Source of the DNA: Quinella sp.
Lineage (GTDB): Bacteria; Bacillota; Negativicutes; Selenomonadales; Selenomonadaceae
Direction of reading: 5' to 3'
Assembly: GCA_045118435.1 (NCBI GenBank)
Contig: JBGUYA010000153.1
Location: 4,391 to 68,390, forward strand
Length of the DNA: 64,000 bases
In this document: positions 44,371 through 53,190 of the stretch, in pieces
Layout of the letters: the number at the start of each line of letters is the position of its first letter
Numbering within the stretch: position 1 is the stretch's first letter
Notes under the pieces: model-generated
Databases searched by the model: none
Told to the model about the DNA's origin: nothing
The model's input: only the letters and a program-made list of their open reading frames with translations
Made by a program: the position numbers and the translations under genes

Positions 44371-45456
44371 ATGGCTGTAAAATATATAAGCGGAGGCGAA
44401 AGTCACGGCTCGCGGCTCGTCTGCATTTTGGAAGGCTTACCTGCGGGCGTCAAAGTTTCGAGTGAGTTCGTCAACGCGGAGCTTAAGCGTCGGCAAGGCG
44501 GCTACGGGCGCGGCGGACGCATGAAGATTGAAAGTGACCGCGTGGAATTTTTATCTGGTATTCGCTTTGGTGAGACGCTCGGCAGTCCGATAACGTTAAG
44601 CGTTGCGAATCGCGACTGGGAAAATTGGCAAGATCGCATGAGCGCGGAAGGCGTTCCAACTGGCGAGAAGGTCACAAACGCGCGTCCCGGTCATGCAGAT
44701 TTGACGGGCGCGGCAAAATACAATCGCGCGGATGTTCGCGACATTTTAGAAAGGTCAAGTGCTCGCGAAACGGCAATGCGAGTTGCGGCGGGCGCGTTGT
44801 GCAAAATTTTTCTCAAGGCTTGCGGCGTCGAGATTTCGGGAGAAGTTTTGAGCGTCGGCGGAGTTCGTGGCGAGGCTGAGATTAAAAATCGGATTGATGA
44901 GGCGAAGGCGGCGGGCGATACGGTCGGCGGCATTTTCGAGATAAAAATTTCGGGCGTACCTGCGGGCTTGGGCAGTCATATTCAATGGGATAAAAAGCTT
45001 GACGCGAAGTTTGCGGCGGCGTTCATGTCTATTCAGGCGATAAAGGCGGTCGAACTCGGCGACGGCTTTTCAAACGCAAGCAAGCTCGGTAGCGAAGTCC
45101 ACGACGAGATTTTTATTAAAGACGGGAAGATTTTCCGCAAGACTAACAGGGCGGGCGGCTTTGAAGGCGGCATGACCAACGGCGAGGATTTGATTATTCA
45201 CGCGGCGATGAAACCCATTCCGACTTTGATGAAACCGTTGCGAACCGTTGACATTGCGACGAAAATTCCGACGACGGCAAGCAAAGAACGTTCGGATACC
45301 TGCGCGATTTGGGCGGCGGAAGTCGTCGGCGAGGCAATGGCAGCGATTGTCACGGCGGACGCGATTGTTGAGAAATTCGGCGGCGACGCATTGATTGATA
45401 CGCTTGCCAACTTGAAAAGCTATCGCGAGCGGCTTGCGAGGGATTACGGCTTATGA
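44371..45456 (+). CDS. aroC: Chorismate synthase
   Basis: 361 aa. GESHG, RRQGGYGRGGRM, RPGHADL and SARETA. Confidence 0.95.
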   Translation: MAVKYISGGESHGSRLVCILEGLPAGVKVSSEFVNAELKRRQGGYGRGGRMKIESDRVEFLSGIRFGETLGSPITLSVANRDWENWQDRMSAEGVPTGEKVTNARPGHADLTGAAKYNRADVRDILERSSARETAMRVAAGALCKIFLKACGVEISGEVLSVGGVRGEAEIKNRIDEAKAAGDTVGGIFEIKISGVPAGLGSHIQWDKKLDAKFAAAFMSIQAIKAVELGDGFSNASKLGSEVHDEIFIKDGKIFRKTNRAGGFEGGMTNGEDLIIHAAMKPIPTLMKPLRTVDIATKIPTTASKERSDTCAIWAAEVVGEAMAAIVTADAIVEKFGGDALIDTLANLKSYRERLARDYGL

Positions 45457-45974
45457 AAGACAACGTGATATTGACGGGATTCATGGGCACAGGTAAGACG
45501 AGTCTCGGAAAACTTTTGGCGACGCGGCTCGGCAGACCGTTCGTTGACATTGATAAAAAAATCGAGGACGAGGCGCACATGGCAATCCCGAAAATCTTTG
45601 AGCGATTCGGCGAGGAACATTTCCGCGAACTTGAACGCGCGGCAGTCAAAGACCTTTGCGAACGGCGCGGCTTGGTGATAGCGACGGGCGGCGGCACGAT
45701 TAAGGACGAGGAAAATCTTCGCCTGTTGAAAAGTTCGGGCGTGATGATTTGCTTGACGACTGAACCGGAAGAAATTTTTAATCGGACTGCGCGACGCGGC
45801 GAACGACCCGTACTCGACGGCGGCGGCAACGAGCGGCTTGAGACGATTAAAAGACTTTTGGCGGAGCGGAAAAAATTTTATGACCAAGCAGATTATCAAG
45901 TCGACACAACAACTTGGTCGCCGATTCAAATTATCGATGACATATGCAGACATTTGCGGCAGTTTAGTTTTTAG
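45453..45974 (+). CDS. aroK: Shikimate kinase
   Basis: 173 aa. LTGFMGTGKTSLG, FVDIDKKIE and ATGGG. Confidence 0.9.
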   Translation: MKDNVILTGFMGTGKTSLGKLLATRLGRPFVDIDKKIEDEAHMAIPKIFERFGEEHFRELERAAVKDLCERRGLVIATGGGTIKDEENLRLLKSSGVMICLTTEPEEIFNRTARRGERPVLDGGGNERLETIKRLLAERKKFYDQADYQVDTTTWSPIQIIDDICRHLRQFSF

Positions 45975-46055
45975 GTATTAGATATTAGGTATTAGGTATT
46001 AGGTTTTAGGTTTAGCTAATCCCTAATCCCTAACCCCTAACATCTAACCCCTAAC
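45969..46055. repeat. Heptamer-repeat quasi-palindrome (TTAGGTA/TTAGATA arm, CCCTAAN arm)
   Basis: TTTTAGGTATTAGATATTAGGTATTAGGTATTAGGTTTTAGGTTTAGC-TAATCCCTAATCCCTAACCCCTAACATCTAACCCCTAAC, between aroK and aroB. Confidence 0.9.
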
Positions 46056-46069
46056 AAGGAGTTGAACTT

Positions 46070-47113
46070 ATGGAAAGCGTTTTGGTCAATCTCGGCGCGG
46101 CGAGCTATGAAATTTTTATCGGCGAAGACATTTTGAGTAGCGTCGAAAATTTTATCAAGGGCAAGGCTCTGCTCGTCACGCAGAAAAATATTCCCTGTGA
46201 GAAAAATTTCCCATGCGAAGTCGCATTTATCCCCGACGGCGAGACTTCCAAAAGTCTTGGCGAGGCTGAGAAACTTTACACGCGGGCGATTGAGTGCGGG
46301 CTTGACAGAAAATCTGCGATAATTGCATTGGGCGGCGGCGTTGTCGGCGATTTGGCGGGCTTTGTCGCGGCGACGTTCATGCGCGGCATTGACTTGATTC
46401 AAATCCCGACAACTTTGCTTGCGCAGGTTGATTCGAGTGTCGGCGGCAAGACCGCTGTAAATCACGCGCTCGGCAAGAATTTAATCGGCGCATTTCACCA
46501 GCCCCGCGCAGTTTTTATCGACTTGAACTTTTTAAAGACGTTGCCTGACCGCGAGATTAAATCGGGTCTCGGCGAGGTCGTCAAGTGCGGCGTGATTAGC
46601 GACGAAAATTTTTTCACCTTCCTTGAAGAGAACGCCGAGAAAATTTTGAGCCGCGACTTGAAAACTCTGGCGCATGTCGTCAAGCGTTCCTGCGAGATTA
46701 AAGCGGAGGTCGTCGGCGCGGACGAGAAAGAATCGGGCTTGCGCAGAATTTTGAACTTCGGACACACTGCGGCGCACGCTATCGAGGAGCAAACTCATTA
46801 TAAAAAATATCGTCACGGCGAGGCGGTCGCTATCGGCATGATTGCGGCGGCGCGGATAAGTTGTGAACTCGGCAAGACTTCCGCCGCGAACGTCGAACGC
46901 TTGGAGCGGCTGATAAAAAAATTCGGCATGGTCACGACCTGCGCGGGTCTTGACGCCGATAAGCTTTACGAAGTGACTTTGCGCGACAAAAAAGCCGTCG
47001 GCGGCAAAGTTAATTGGGTGCTCATGAAAGATTTTGGCGAAGTTGAAATTTCAAACGACGTGCCCGCGCAGATTGTCAAAAAAGTCTTCGGGAGATTATG
47101 CGATGGAAATTAG
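46070..47113 (+). CDS. aroB: 3-dehydroquinate synthase
   Basis: 347 aa. GGGVVGDLAGFVAATFMRGI, DSSVGGKTAVN, and HGEAVAIGM. Confidence 0.93.
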   Translation: MESVLVNLGAASYEIFIGEDILSSVENFIKGKALLVTQKNIPCEKNFPCEVAFIPDGETSKSLGEAEKLYTRAIECGLDRKSAIIALGGGVVGDLAGFVAATFMRGIDLIQIPTTLLAQVDSSVGGKTAVNHALGKNLIGAFHQPRAVFIDLNFLKTLPDREIKSGLGEVVKCGVISDENFFTFLEENAEKILSRDLKTLAHVVKRSCEIKAEVVGADEKESGLRRILNFGHTAAHAIEEQTHYKKYRHGEAVAIGMIAAARISCELGKTSAANVERLERLIKKFGMVTTCAGLDADKLYEVTLRDKKAVGGKVNWVLMKDFGEVEISNDVPAQIVKKVFGRLCDGN

Positions 47114-47906
47114 AATTGATGACGACTTCGACTTGAAAAAAATCGTCGACAGCGGGCAATGTTTCCGTCCGCGCGAAGTTGAGGCGGGCTTGTTCAGATT
47201 TATTGTCGGGGAAAAGATTTTGCACATGCGCGAGCGCGGCGACAAGATTTTTGAAGTTGACTGCGCGGCGGAGACTTGGGAGCGCGTCTGGAAAGTTTAC
47301 TTTGACCTTGAGACGAATTACGCAAGCATTCGACGCGACATTGAAACCTTCGCGGCGGGCAAGCCCTACGAAAAAATTTTGCGCGAGGCGACGGAGTTTG
47401 GCAAGGGCATTCGCATTTTGAATCAAGCTCCCTTTGAAATGCTGATAAGCTTTATAATTAGCCAGCGAAAAAATATTCCGTCGATAAGGAGTTCGGTTGA
47501 AAAAATCTGCGCGAGGTTCGGTCGTCACGTCGGCGAAGTTAATCTTTTCCCGCGCCTTGAAGAGTTCACAGACGACTTGACGGGCTTGGGCTTGGCTTAT
47601 CGGAAGGATTATATTCGCGACGCTCTCGAAAAAATTTCAAGCGGCGAGATTGATTTGACTGCGCTTGAAAAACTTTCGGATGCGGAGCTTGTTGATGAGC
47701 TTAAAAGGATTAAAGGCGTCGGCGATAAGGTTGCGAATTGCGTTGCGCTGTTCTCCTACCACAGAGTTAATCGCGCCCCCGTCGACGTTTGGATTAAGCG
47801 GGCGATTGACGAAGACTTTAACGGCGAAAATATCTTTGACGCCTTCGGCGCGAACGCAGGCATTCTCCAGCAATACATTTTCTATCATAAACGGTCGAAC
47901 AAATGA
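47103..47906 (+). CDS. ogg: 8-oxoguanine DNA glycosylase-like HhH-GPD enzyme (Ogg/AlkA superfamily)
   Basis: I trimmed ORF 47034..47906 to the ATG at 47103. SGQCFR, ISFIISQRKNI, and the HhH-GPD motif LKRIKGVGDKVANCVALF...PVDVW. Confidence 0.75.
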   Translation: MEIRIDDDFDLKKIVDSGQCFRPREVEAGLFRFIVGEKILHMRERGDKIFEVDCAAETWERVWKVYFDLETNYASIRRDIETFAAGKPYEKILREATEFGKGIRILNQAPFEMLISFIISQRKNIPSIRSSVEKICARFGRHVGEVNLFPRLEEFTDDLTGLGLAYRKDYIRDALEKISSGEIDLTALEKLSDAELVDELKRIKGVGDKVANCVALFSYHRVNRAPVDVWIKRAIDEDFNGENIFDAFGANAGILQQYIFYHKRSNK

Positions 47907-47914
47907 AAACAAAG

Positions 47915-47943
47915 AGCGGCTCGGATTTCTCCAAGCCGCTTTT
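47915..47943. terminator. Bidirectional terminator between convergent ogg and M23 peptidase genes
   Basis: AGCGGCT-cggatttctcca-AGCCGCT 7 bp stem, flanked by an A-run upstream and TTT downstream. Confidence 0.6.
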
Positions 47944-47961
47944 AAAAAGTCATTGTGTTTG

Positions 47962-49248
47962 TCAAAGATAATCCCAAGGACTGACAGGCTCGCCGCCAAG
48001 CCTAACTTCAAAGTGACAGTGCGGACCTGTCGAGTTGCCAGTTGAGCCGCAATAAGCGATAACGTCGCCTTGATTGACCGCCTGTCCGACGCCAACCGCG
48101 AGGCTTTCGTTGTGACCGTAAAGCGTGACAATCCCGCCGCCGTGATCAATCATAATCGTGTTGCCGTAGCCGCCTATCCAACCCGACTCAATCACTACGC
48201 CGCCTTGAGCCGCATGAATCGGAACGCCGTAATCAGCTCCAATGTCAAGCCCACTGTGAAATCTCGCGTTGCCGAAAATCGGGTGGGTTCGCCAACCAAA
48301 TTCCGACGTTACGGGACCGCTGACGGGCCAAATCATGCCGCCGCCGTAACTTTGCATGACATAGCCGCCTTCGTCTTCGCCGAACTCGACAATATCAACG
48401 TTGCCGGCTTGAGCCGCTCGCGCTTCCATTTCCGCTCGACGTTGAGCTTCTTCCGCTTGTCGACGACGCGCCTCTTCTTCCGCCGCCTTGCGATATTTAT
48501 TCTCTTGGATCAGTCGTTCAACCTCTGCCGAAGACGCCATCATTTCATCGTACTGCTGATTGTAAATTTCCTTGTCATTTTCCATTAAATCAATCAGTGC
48601 TTGCTGTTGCGCGACCTTCTCAAGCTTCAGATCTTTAGCTTCTTCAGCTTTAGCCGCCTGTTCGGATTGAACTTGTCGGTCGGCTTCAAGTTGCTTGCCG
48701 ACTTCTTTTATCTTGTTTTGATAAGCCAAGACGTCCGCCACAAGCTCCGAGTCGCGGATTATAACTCGCTTTAACAAATCCATGCGCGTTAAAAAGTCTC
48801 CGAAGTCTTGCGCTCCAAACAGCACGTCGAGATACGAAATTTGCCCGTTGATATAAATGTCGCGAACGCGATTTTTCAAGACGCCGTGTTTTTCATTAAG
48901 CTCCTCCGTGACTTCCGCAAGTTTAGTTTCATTCTCGGCAATGCGATAAAGCGTTTCGTCGAGGGCGGCTTGTTTTTCCTCGTAGTCGGCAGTAGCCTCC
49001 GCTGCGTCTAAGTCGAGTTGCCGCTTGAACTCCGACACAGAATCAATCTTGCCTTGAATAAGCTCGGCAGTCGCCGCCGCCTTTGCCGCCGCCTCTTCGT
49101 AGGAAAGTTTTTCCTCTTCGAGCTGCTCAATTTCTATGTCAATCTGCTCAAGTTCGTCGAGTTCCTCAAAGTCGTCCTCGTCGTCAGCTGATACCGGCGT
49201 ACACGTCAGCAAGGTTATCGCCACCAGCAACGTTAAAAATTTTTTCAA
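47962..49248 (-). CDS. M23-family metallopeptidase with long N-terminal coiled coil (EnvC/PcsB-like)
   Basis: 428 aa. Signal peptide, ~270 aa of heptad-rich coiled coil, and a LytM domain (HSGLDIGADYGVPIHAAQGG, GSTGNSTGPHCHFE). Confidence 0.88.
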   Translation of the reverse strand: MKKFLTLLVAITLLTCTPVSADDEDDFEELDELEQIDIEIEQLEEEKLSYEEAAAKAAATAELIQGKIDSVSEFKRQLDLDAAEATADYEEKQAALDETLYRIAENETKLAEVTEELNEKHGVLKNRVRDIYINGQISYLDVLFGAQDFGDFLTRMDLLKRVIIRDSELVADVLAYQNKIKEVGKQLEADRQVQSEQAAKAEEAKDLKLEKVAQQQALIDLMENDKEIYNQQYDEMMASSAEVERLIQENKYRKAAEEEARRRQAEEAQRRAEMEARAAQAGNVDIVEFGEDEGGYVMQSYGGGMIWPVSGPVTSEFGWRTHPIFGNARFHSGLDIGADYGVPIHAAQGGVVIESGWIGGYGNTIMIDHGGGIVTLYGHNESLAVGVGQAVNQGDVIAYCGSTGNSTGPHCHFEVRLGGEPVSPWDYL

Positions 49249-49255
49249 ACTTTAT

Positions 49256-49294
49256 CATTCCTCATTACACATTTCATTACGAATTACGCATTGC
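49256..49294. repeat. Heptamer repeat (CATTACN/AATTACG units)
   Basis: CATTCCT CATTACA CATTTCATTACG AATTACG CATTGC, between ftsX and the M23 gene. Confidence 0.8.
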
Positions 49295-49297
49295 TTT

Positions 49298-50185
49298 TCA
49301 AACCTCCATGAACCGCTTAAGCGAAACCGTGCTGCCCAAAATGCCGATTAGCACGCCCGCGCAGATTAGCCCGATTGTCACGTAATGCATGAACGGATAC
49401 TGCTCGACCATTGGGAAGAACGTCAGCGACTCGTAAACTTTTTCGAGCATTGCCGCATAAAATTCTTGCAGGGCGAACGCGCTCACGCCGCCGCCGATTA
49501 TCCCAAGCCCGACGCCTTCCAGTATGAAGGGCCAACGAATAAACCAGTCGGTCGCGCCGACGTACTTCATGATTGCAATTTCCTTGCGCCGCGCGAAGAC
49601 CGTCAGGCGTATTGTGTTTGAAATGATAAAAATCGTCGCGCCCATAAGCAAGCCCATGAGCACCACGCCGAAAAGTCTCATTAAGTGCGTGAGTTCAAAG
49701 AGATTCGCGGCGACGTCTTGCCCGTACTTAACCTCGTCGACGCCGTAAAGGTCAGCGATTGCCGCCGCAGTCTTTTTAACGTCGTCGGCGTTGTTGACCG
49801 TGACAAGGAAAGCATTTGGCAAAGGATTTGAGTCGCCGAGCGCGTCGAGAATTTTTTTATTTTCGCCGAGCCGCTCCTGCAAATTTTTTAAAGCAACTTC
49901 GCGCGGCACGTACTCAATCTTCGCGACGCTCTTCATGTCGCGGGTCATGCGTTCAATTTCGCCGCGCCCCTGTTCGGGCAACTGGTCATTTATGTAAACG
50001 GAAATTTGAACTTGACTTTCGAGCGACGCCGCCATTTTGTTCATGTTCATGACCAGAATTAGGAAGACGCCCAACACGAACAGCGACACCGCCACTGTGC
50101 CGATTGATGCCGCCGTCATCCATCGGTTGCGAATCATCGACACGAGCACTTCGCGGAAAAAATATTCGACGGTTTGAAGTTTCAT
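49298..50185 (-). CDS. ftsX: Cell-division ABC transporter permease-like protein FtsX
   Basis: ORF 49298..50227, with ATG at 50185 giving MKLQTVEYFFREVLVSMIRNRWM. Four TM segments, a large first extracytoplasmic loop, and AIMKYVGATDWFIRWPF. Confidence 0.88.
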   Translation of the reverse strand: MKLQTVEYFFREVLVSMIRNRWMTAASIGTVAVSLFVLGVFLILVMNMNKMAASLESQVQISVYINDQLPEQGRGEIERMTRDMKSVAKIEYVPREVALKNLQERLGENKKILDALGDSNPLPNAFLVTVNNADDVKKTAAAIADLYGVDEVKYGQDVAANLFELTHLMRLFGVVLMGLLMGATIFIISNTIRLTVFARRKEIAIMKYVGATDWFIRWPFILEGVGLGIIGGGVSAFALQEFYAAMLEKVYESLTFFPMVEQYPFMHYVTIGLICAGVLIGILGSTVSLKRFMEV

Positions 50186-50285
50186 TAGACCACCCCACGC
50201 GCCGATTATAGCACAAAAATTTGGCATTGCATATTTTCTGTGGTAGAATTAGCGCACTTCAAACAGATAAAAAGGAGAAGTTTTT

Positions 50286-51794
50286 ATGAAATACACGAGT
50301 ACGCGCTCTAAAATCGAGCCGATAACTTCAGCGGAGGCAATTCTTCAAGGCTTGGCGGAAGACGGCGGGCTGTTCGTTCCCGAAAAAATTCCCAAAGTCA
50401 CGCTGGAAGAGATTGAGAGTTTGAAAGATAAGAGTTATGAAGAACGCGCAGCCTGGCTTTTGGGAAAATATTTGACGGATTATACGGAATATGAGTTGGG
50501 CGAGTGCGCGGAGCTGGCTTACAACTGGTTTGATATTCCTGCGCGGGTGCCTGTCGCGATTTTGATTCAAGATCAAAATAATCCCGTCGCGCCCGTCGGC
50601 TCAATGGAACTTTGGCACGGACCGACCTCCGCTTTTAAAGACGTTGCGCTTCAAATGTTGCCGCACTTAATGCGCATGGCGTTAAAGAAAGTCGGCGAGA
50701 CCAAAGAAATTTTAATCCTCGTCGCAACTTCGGGCGACACGGGTAAGGCGGCATTGGCGGGATTCGCGGACGTGCCTCAAACAAAAGTCATGGTGTTTTA
50801 TCCCGATGGTGGCGTCAGCAAAATTCAACGGTTGCAAATGGTCACGCAACGCGGCAAAAATGTCAACGTCACGGCGGTTCGCGGCAACTTCGACGATGCG
50901 CAGAACGGCGTTAAAAAAATCTTCAACGACGAAAAACTTCGCGCCGAACTCGACAAGCTCAACGTCAAACTTTCCTCCGCCAACTCGATTAACTGGGGGC
51001 GACTCGTTCCGCAAATCGTCTACTACTTTTCCGGCTATATCGAACTCGTCAAGGCTAATCAAGTTAAACTCGGCGAGAAAATTATTGTCAGCGTCCCGAC
51101 CGGCAACTTTGGCAATATCCTTGCCGCCTACTACGCGACCAAAATGGGCTTGCCTGTCAAGAAAATTATCTGCGCGTCGAACATTAACAACGTGCTCACC
51201 GAATTTTTCGCGACTGGCACTTACAACCGCAAGCGCGAATTTTTCAAGACAATTACGCCGTCAATGGACATTTTAATTTCAAGCAACCTTGAGCGGCTCC
51301 TCTATCACGAGACCGACGGCAACTTTAAGCTCGTCAAACGCTACATGGGCGAGTTGAGCAAGCTCGGCAAATACAAAATCGATAAGAAACTCAAAGAGCG
51401 GCTCGATAAGATTTTCTACGCCGAGTACGTGACCGAAGACGAGACCCGTGACTTTATCAAGCGAATTCAAGGCACGTTCGGCTATCTGATTGACACGCAC
51501 ACTGCCGTTTCCATTTGCGCGTTGAGTAAGTATCGTGGCAAGACGCACGACTTAACGCCCGTACTCAGCGCGTCGACTGCTAGCCCCTACAAGTTCACCG
51601 GCGCGGTTTTGACGGCTCTTGAACAGCAGGTTGAAGACGTCGACGACTTCGCGCAACTCAAAATGCTCAACAACTTGACCAACGCCACAATCCCCAGAAA
51701 TCTCGCCGAACTTTCAAAGGCAAAAGTTTTGCATGCGGACATTTGCAACAAGGAAGAAATGGCTCAGCGCGTCCTTAACTTCGCCGCAAAATAA
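50286..51794 (+). CDS. thrC: Threonine synthase (long form)
   Basis: 502 aa. PTSAFKDVALQ (PLP lysine), ATSGDTGKAA and SANSINWGRL. Confidence 0.93.
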   Translation: MKYTSTRSKIEPITSAEAILQGLAEDGGLFVPEKIPKVTLEEIESLKDKSYEERAAWLLGKYLTDYTEYELGECAELAYNWFDIPARVPVAILIQDQNNPVAPVGSMELWHGPTSAFKDVALQMLPHLMRMALKKVGETKEILILVATSGDTGKAALAGFADVPQTKVMVFYPDGGVSKIQRLQMVTQRGKNVNVTAVRGNFDDAQNGVKKIFNDEKLRAELDKLNVKLSSANSINWGRLVPQIVYYFSGYIELVKANQVKLGEKIIVSVPTGNFGNILAAYYATKMGLPVKKIICASNINNVLTEFFATGTYNRKREFFKTITPSMDILISSNLERLLYHETDGNFKLVKRYMGELSKLGKYKIDKKLKERLDKIFYAEYVTEDETRDFIKRIQGTFGYLIDTHTAVSICALSKYRGKTHDLTPVLSASTASPYKFTGAVLTALEQQVEDVDDFAQLKMLNNLTNATIPRNLAELSKAKVLHADICNKEEMAQRVLNFAAK

Positions 51795-51815
51795 AATCTG
51801 TTCGGCAAAAAAATT

Positions 51816-51840
51816 CCCTCCAACGCGGAGGGTTTTTTTT
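51816..51840. terminator. Bidirectional terminator between thrC and the glycosyltransferase operon
   Basis: An A7 run, then CCCTCC-aacgc-GGAGGG, then T8. Confidence 0.75.
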
Positions 51841-51873
51841 ATTACGAATTACGCATTACGAATTACGCATTGC
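51841..51873. repeat. Heptamer repeat (ATTACGA/ATTACGC units)
   Basis: ATTACGA ATTACGC ATTACGA ATTACGC ATTGC. On the minus strand it encodes the last residues (CVIRNA*) of the first glycosyltransferase paralog. Confidence 0.85.
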
Positions 51874-53186
51874 AGTTCTGGCGGCGTCAAATTTTTATCA
51901 ACAATCAAACGCTCAACAGCATTGATGACTTGGCGCGGATAAATTTTCTTTTGACACTCAAGCTCGCGCGACGTGCCTTTGTGATACGGGCAAGTGTCGT
52001 GCGTAAAAATCACTCGCAAATCGTGGAAGCAACCGTTGCACACAAGGCGATTTGCGACACGATAAGGCGTATAAAGCTCGTGCCAATCTTGAGTAAAGCC
52101 GGCAATCATGACAACGGGACAACCTACCGCGTCGGCAATCCACGCCAAGCCGCTACTCAAGCCGATAAAAAATTCCGCATGATAAAGCATGTTCGCCCGC
52201 TCCATAATCGAGAAGTCGCCGGTAAAATCTTCGGCATTGGCGGGCATCGCGACCGAGTAATTTCCTTCGCTTTGAAAATTTTTCTTGTCAATGCAAAAGA
52301 CGCGGTAGCCCAGACTGTTAAGATAGTTAACGAGAATTTCCCAACCGTTTGGATAAAGCCAGCCCTTGCGCGGCGACGACGCTTGAACACTTATACAAAC
52401 ATACGGCTCGCGCGTGACGGGTGGCAACGTCGGCTTAAACTTCGGCTTCGGCGGCAAGGTGTTCAAATTTAAAATCGCGTTGCCCATGCGCTCCAATGGC
52501 ATATTCCGATAATCGACTGTGCAAAACGGAAAGTCGCCGCCGTACATTTTATAGAAATAAGTCGCATAGTTGTCAAAATTTATCTCGGCAACCTGCGGCA
52601 AGTCGGGATAAAGATTCGCCGCAAGCTCGCGCAAATATTCCGGCAAGCAAATCGAGACCGCGCAATTAAACTTTCGCTTGAACTCTGCGGCGGAAGGAAG
52701 AAAAATCAAATTGTCGCCAAGCCCGCAAGTTTTAGCGAAGTTTAAAAGAACTTTCTGCCCTTCAGGATTGAAGTCATGCTCAAAAATTTTCTCGCCGTCT
52801 TGAAAAACTTCAACGCGCCAACGAATAAAATACTTCTCGACAGAAATCAATCGCACGTCGGAAATGTCCCTGTCGAAAAAAATTTGCCCGTCGTTGTCGC
52901 CAATCGTGACGTGAAAATTTCCTTCGGGCACATCGAGCCGCAAGCCAAAGTTAAAATCCAGTCGCAAGCCTTCAATGCCCGTCTCGCCGCAAATTTCAGA
53001 GTCGCAACCCGCCTCGCGCTGTTCATAAATTTTCATTACGTCGAACAAAAAATCTTGAATGGCGGGTGCGTCTGTCAACGCCGGAAAATTCGGGTCGAAG
53101 TCGGGCGTCTTGTTCAGCGCGTCGACGTTCATCACGCCCCGAAGATAGTCGCGAATATCCCGTGCGCAGAAGTAAAATTTTCGCAT
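51849..53186 (-). CDS. TibC/Aah-like autotransporter O-heptosyltransferase (BAHT family, GT9-like fold), paralog 1
   Basis: 445 aa. Collinear with TibC as I recall it: EPYVCISVQAS, GW.ILVNYLNSLGYRVFCID, AEDFTGDFSIMERANMLYHAEFFIGLSSGLAWIA, ELYTPYRVAN, and a Cys cluster CNGC...CPYHKGTSRELEC. Confidence 0.75.
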   Translation of the reverse strand: MRKFYFCARDIRDYLRGVMNVDALNKTPDFDPNFPALTDAPAIQDFLFDVMKIYEQREAGCDSEICGETGIEGLRLDFNFGLRLDVPEGNFHVTIGDNDGQIFFDRDISDVRLISVEKYFIRWRVEVFQDGEKIFEHDFNPEGQKVLLNFAKTCGLGDNLIFLPSAAEFKRKFNCAVSICLPEYLRELAANLYPDLPQVAEINFDNYATYFYKMYGGDFPFCTVDYRNMPLERMGNAILNLNTLPPKPKFKPTLPPVTREPYVCISVQASSPRKGWLYPNGWEILVNYLNSLGYRVFCIDKKNFQSEGNYSVAMPANAEDFTGDFSIMERANMLYHAEFFIGLSSGLAWIADAVGCPVVMIAGFTQDWHELYTPYRVANRLVCNGCFHDLRVIFTHDTCPYHKGTSRELECQKKIYPRQVINAVERLIVDKNLTPPELQCVIRNA

Positions 53187-53190
53187 AGAA

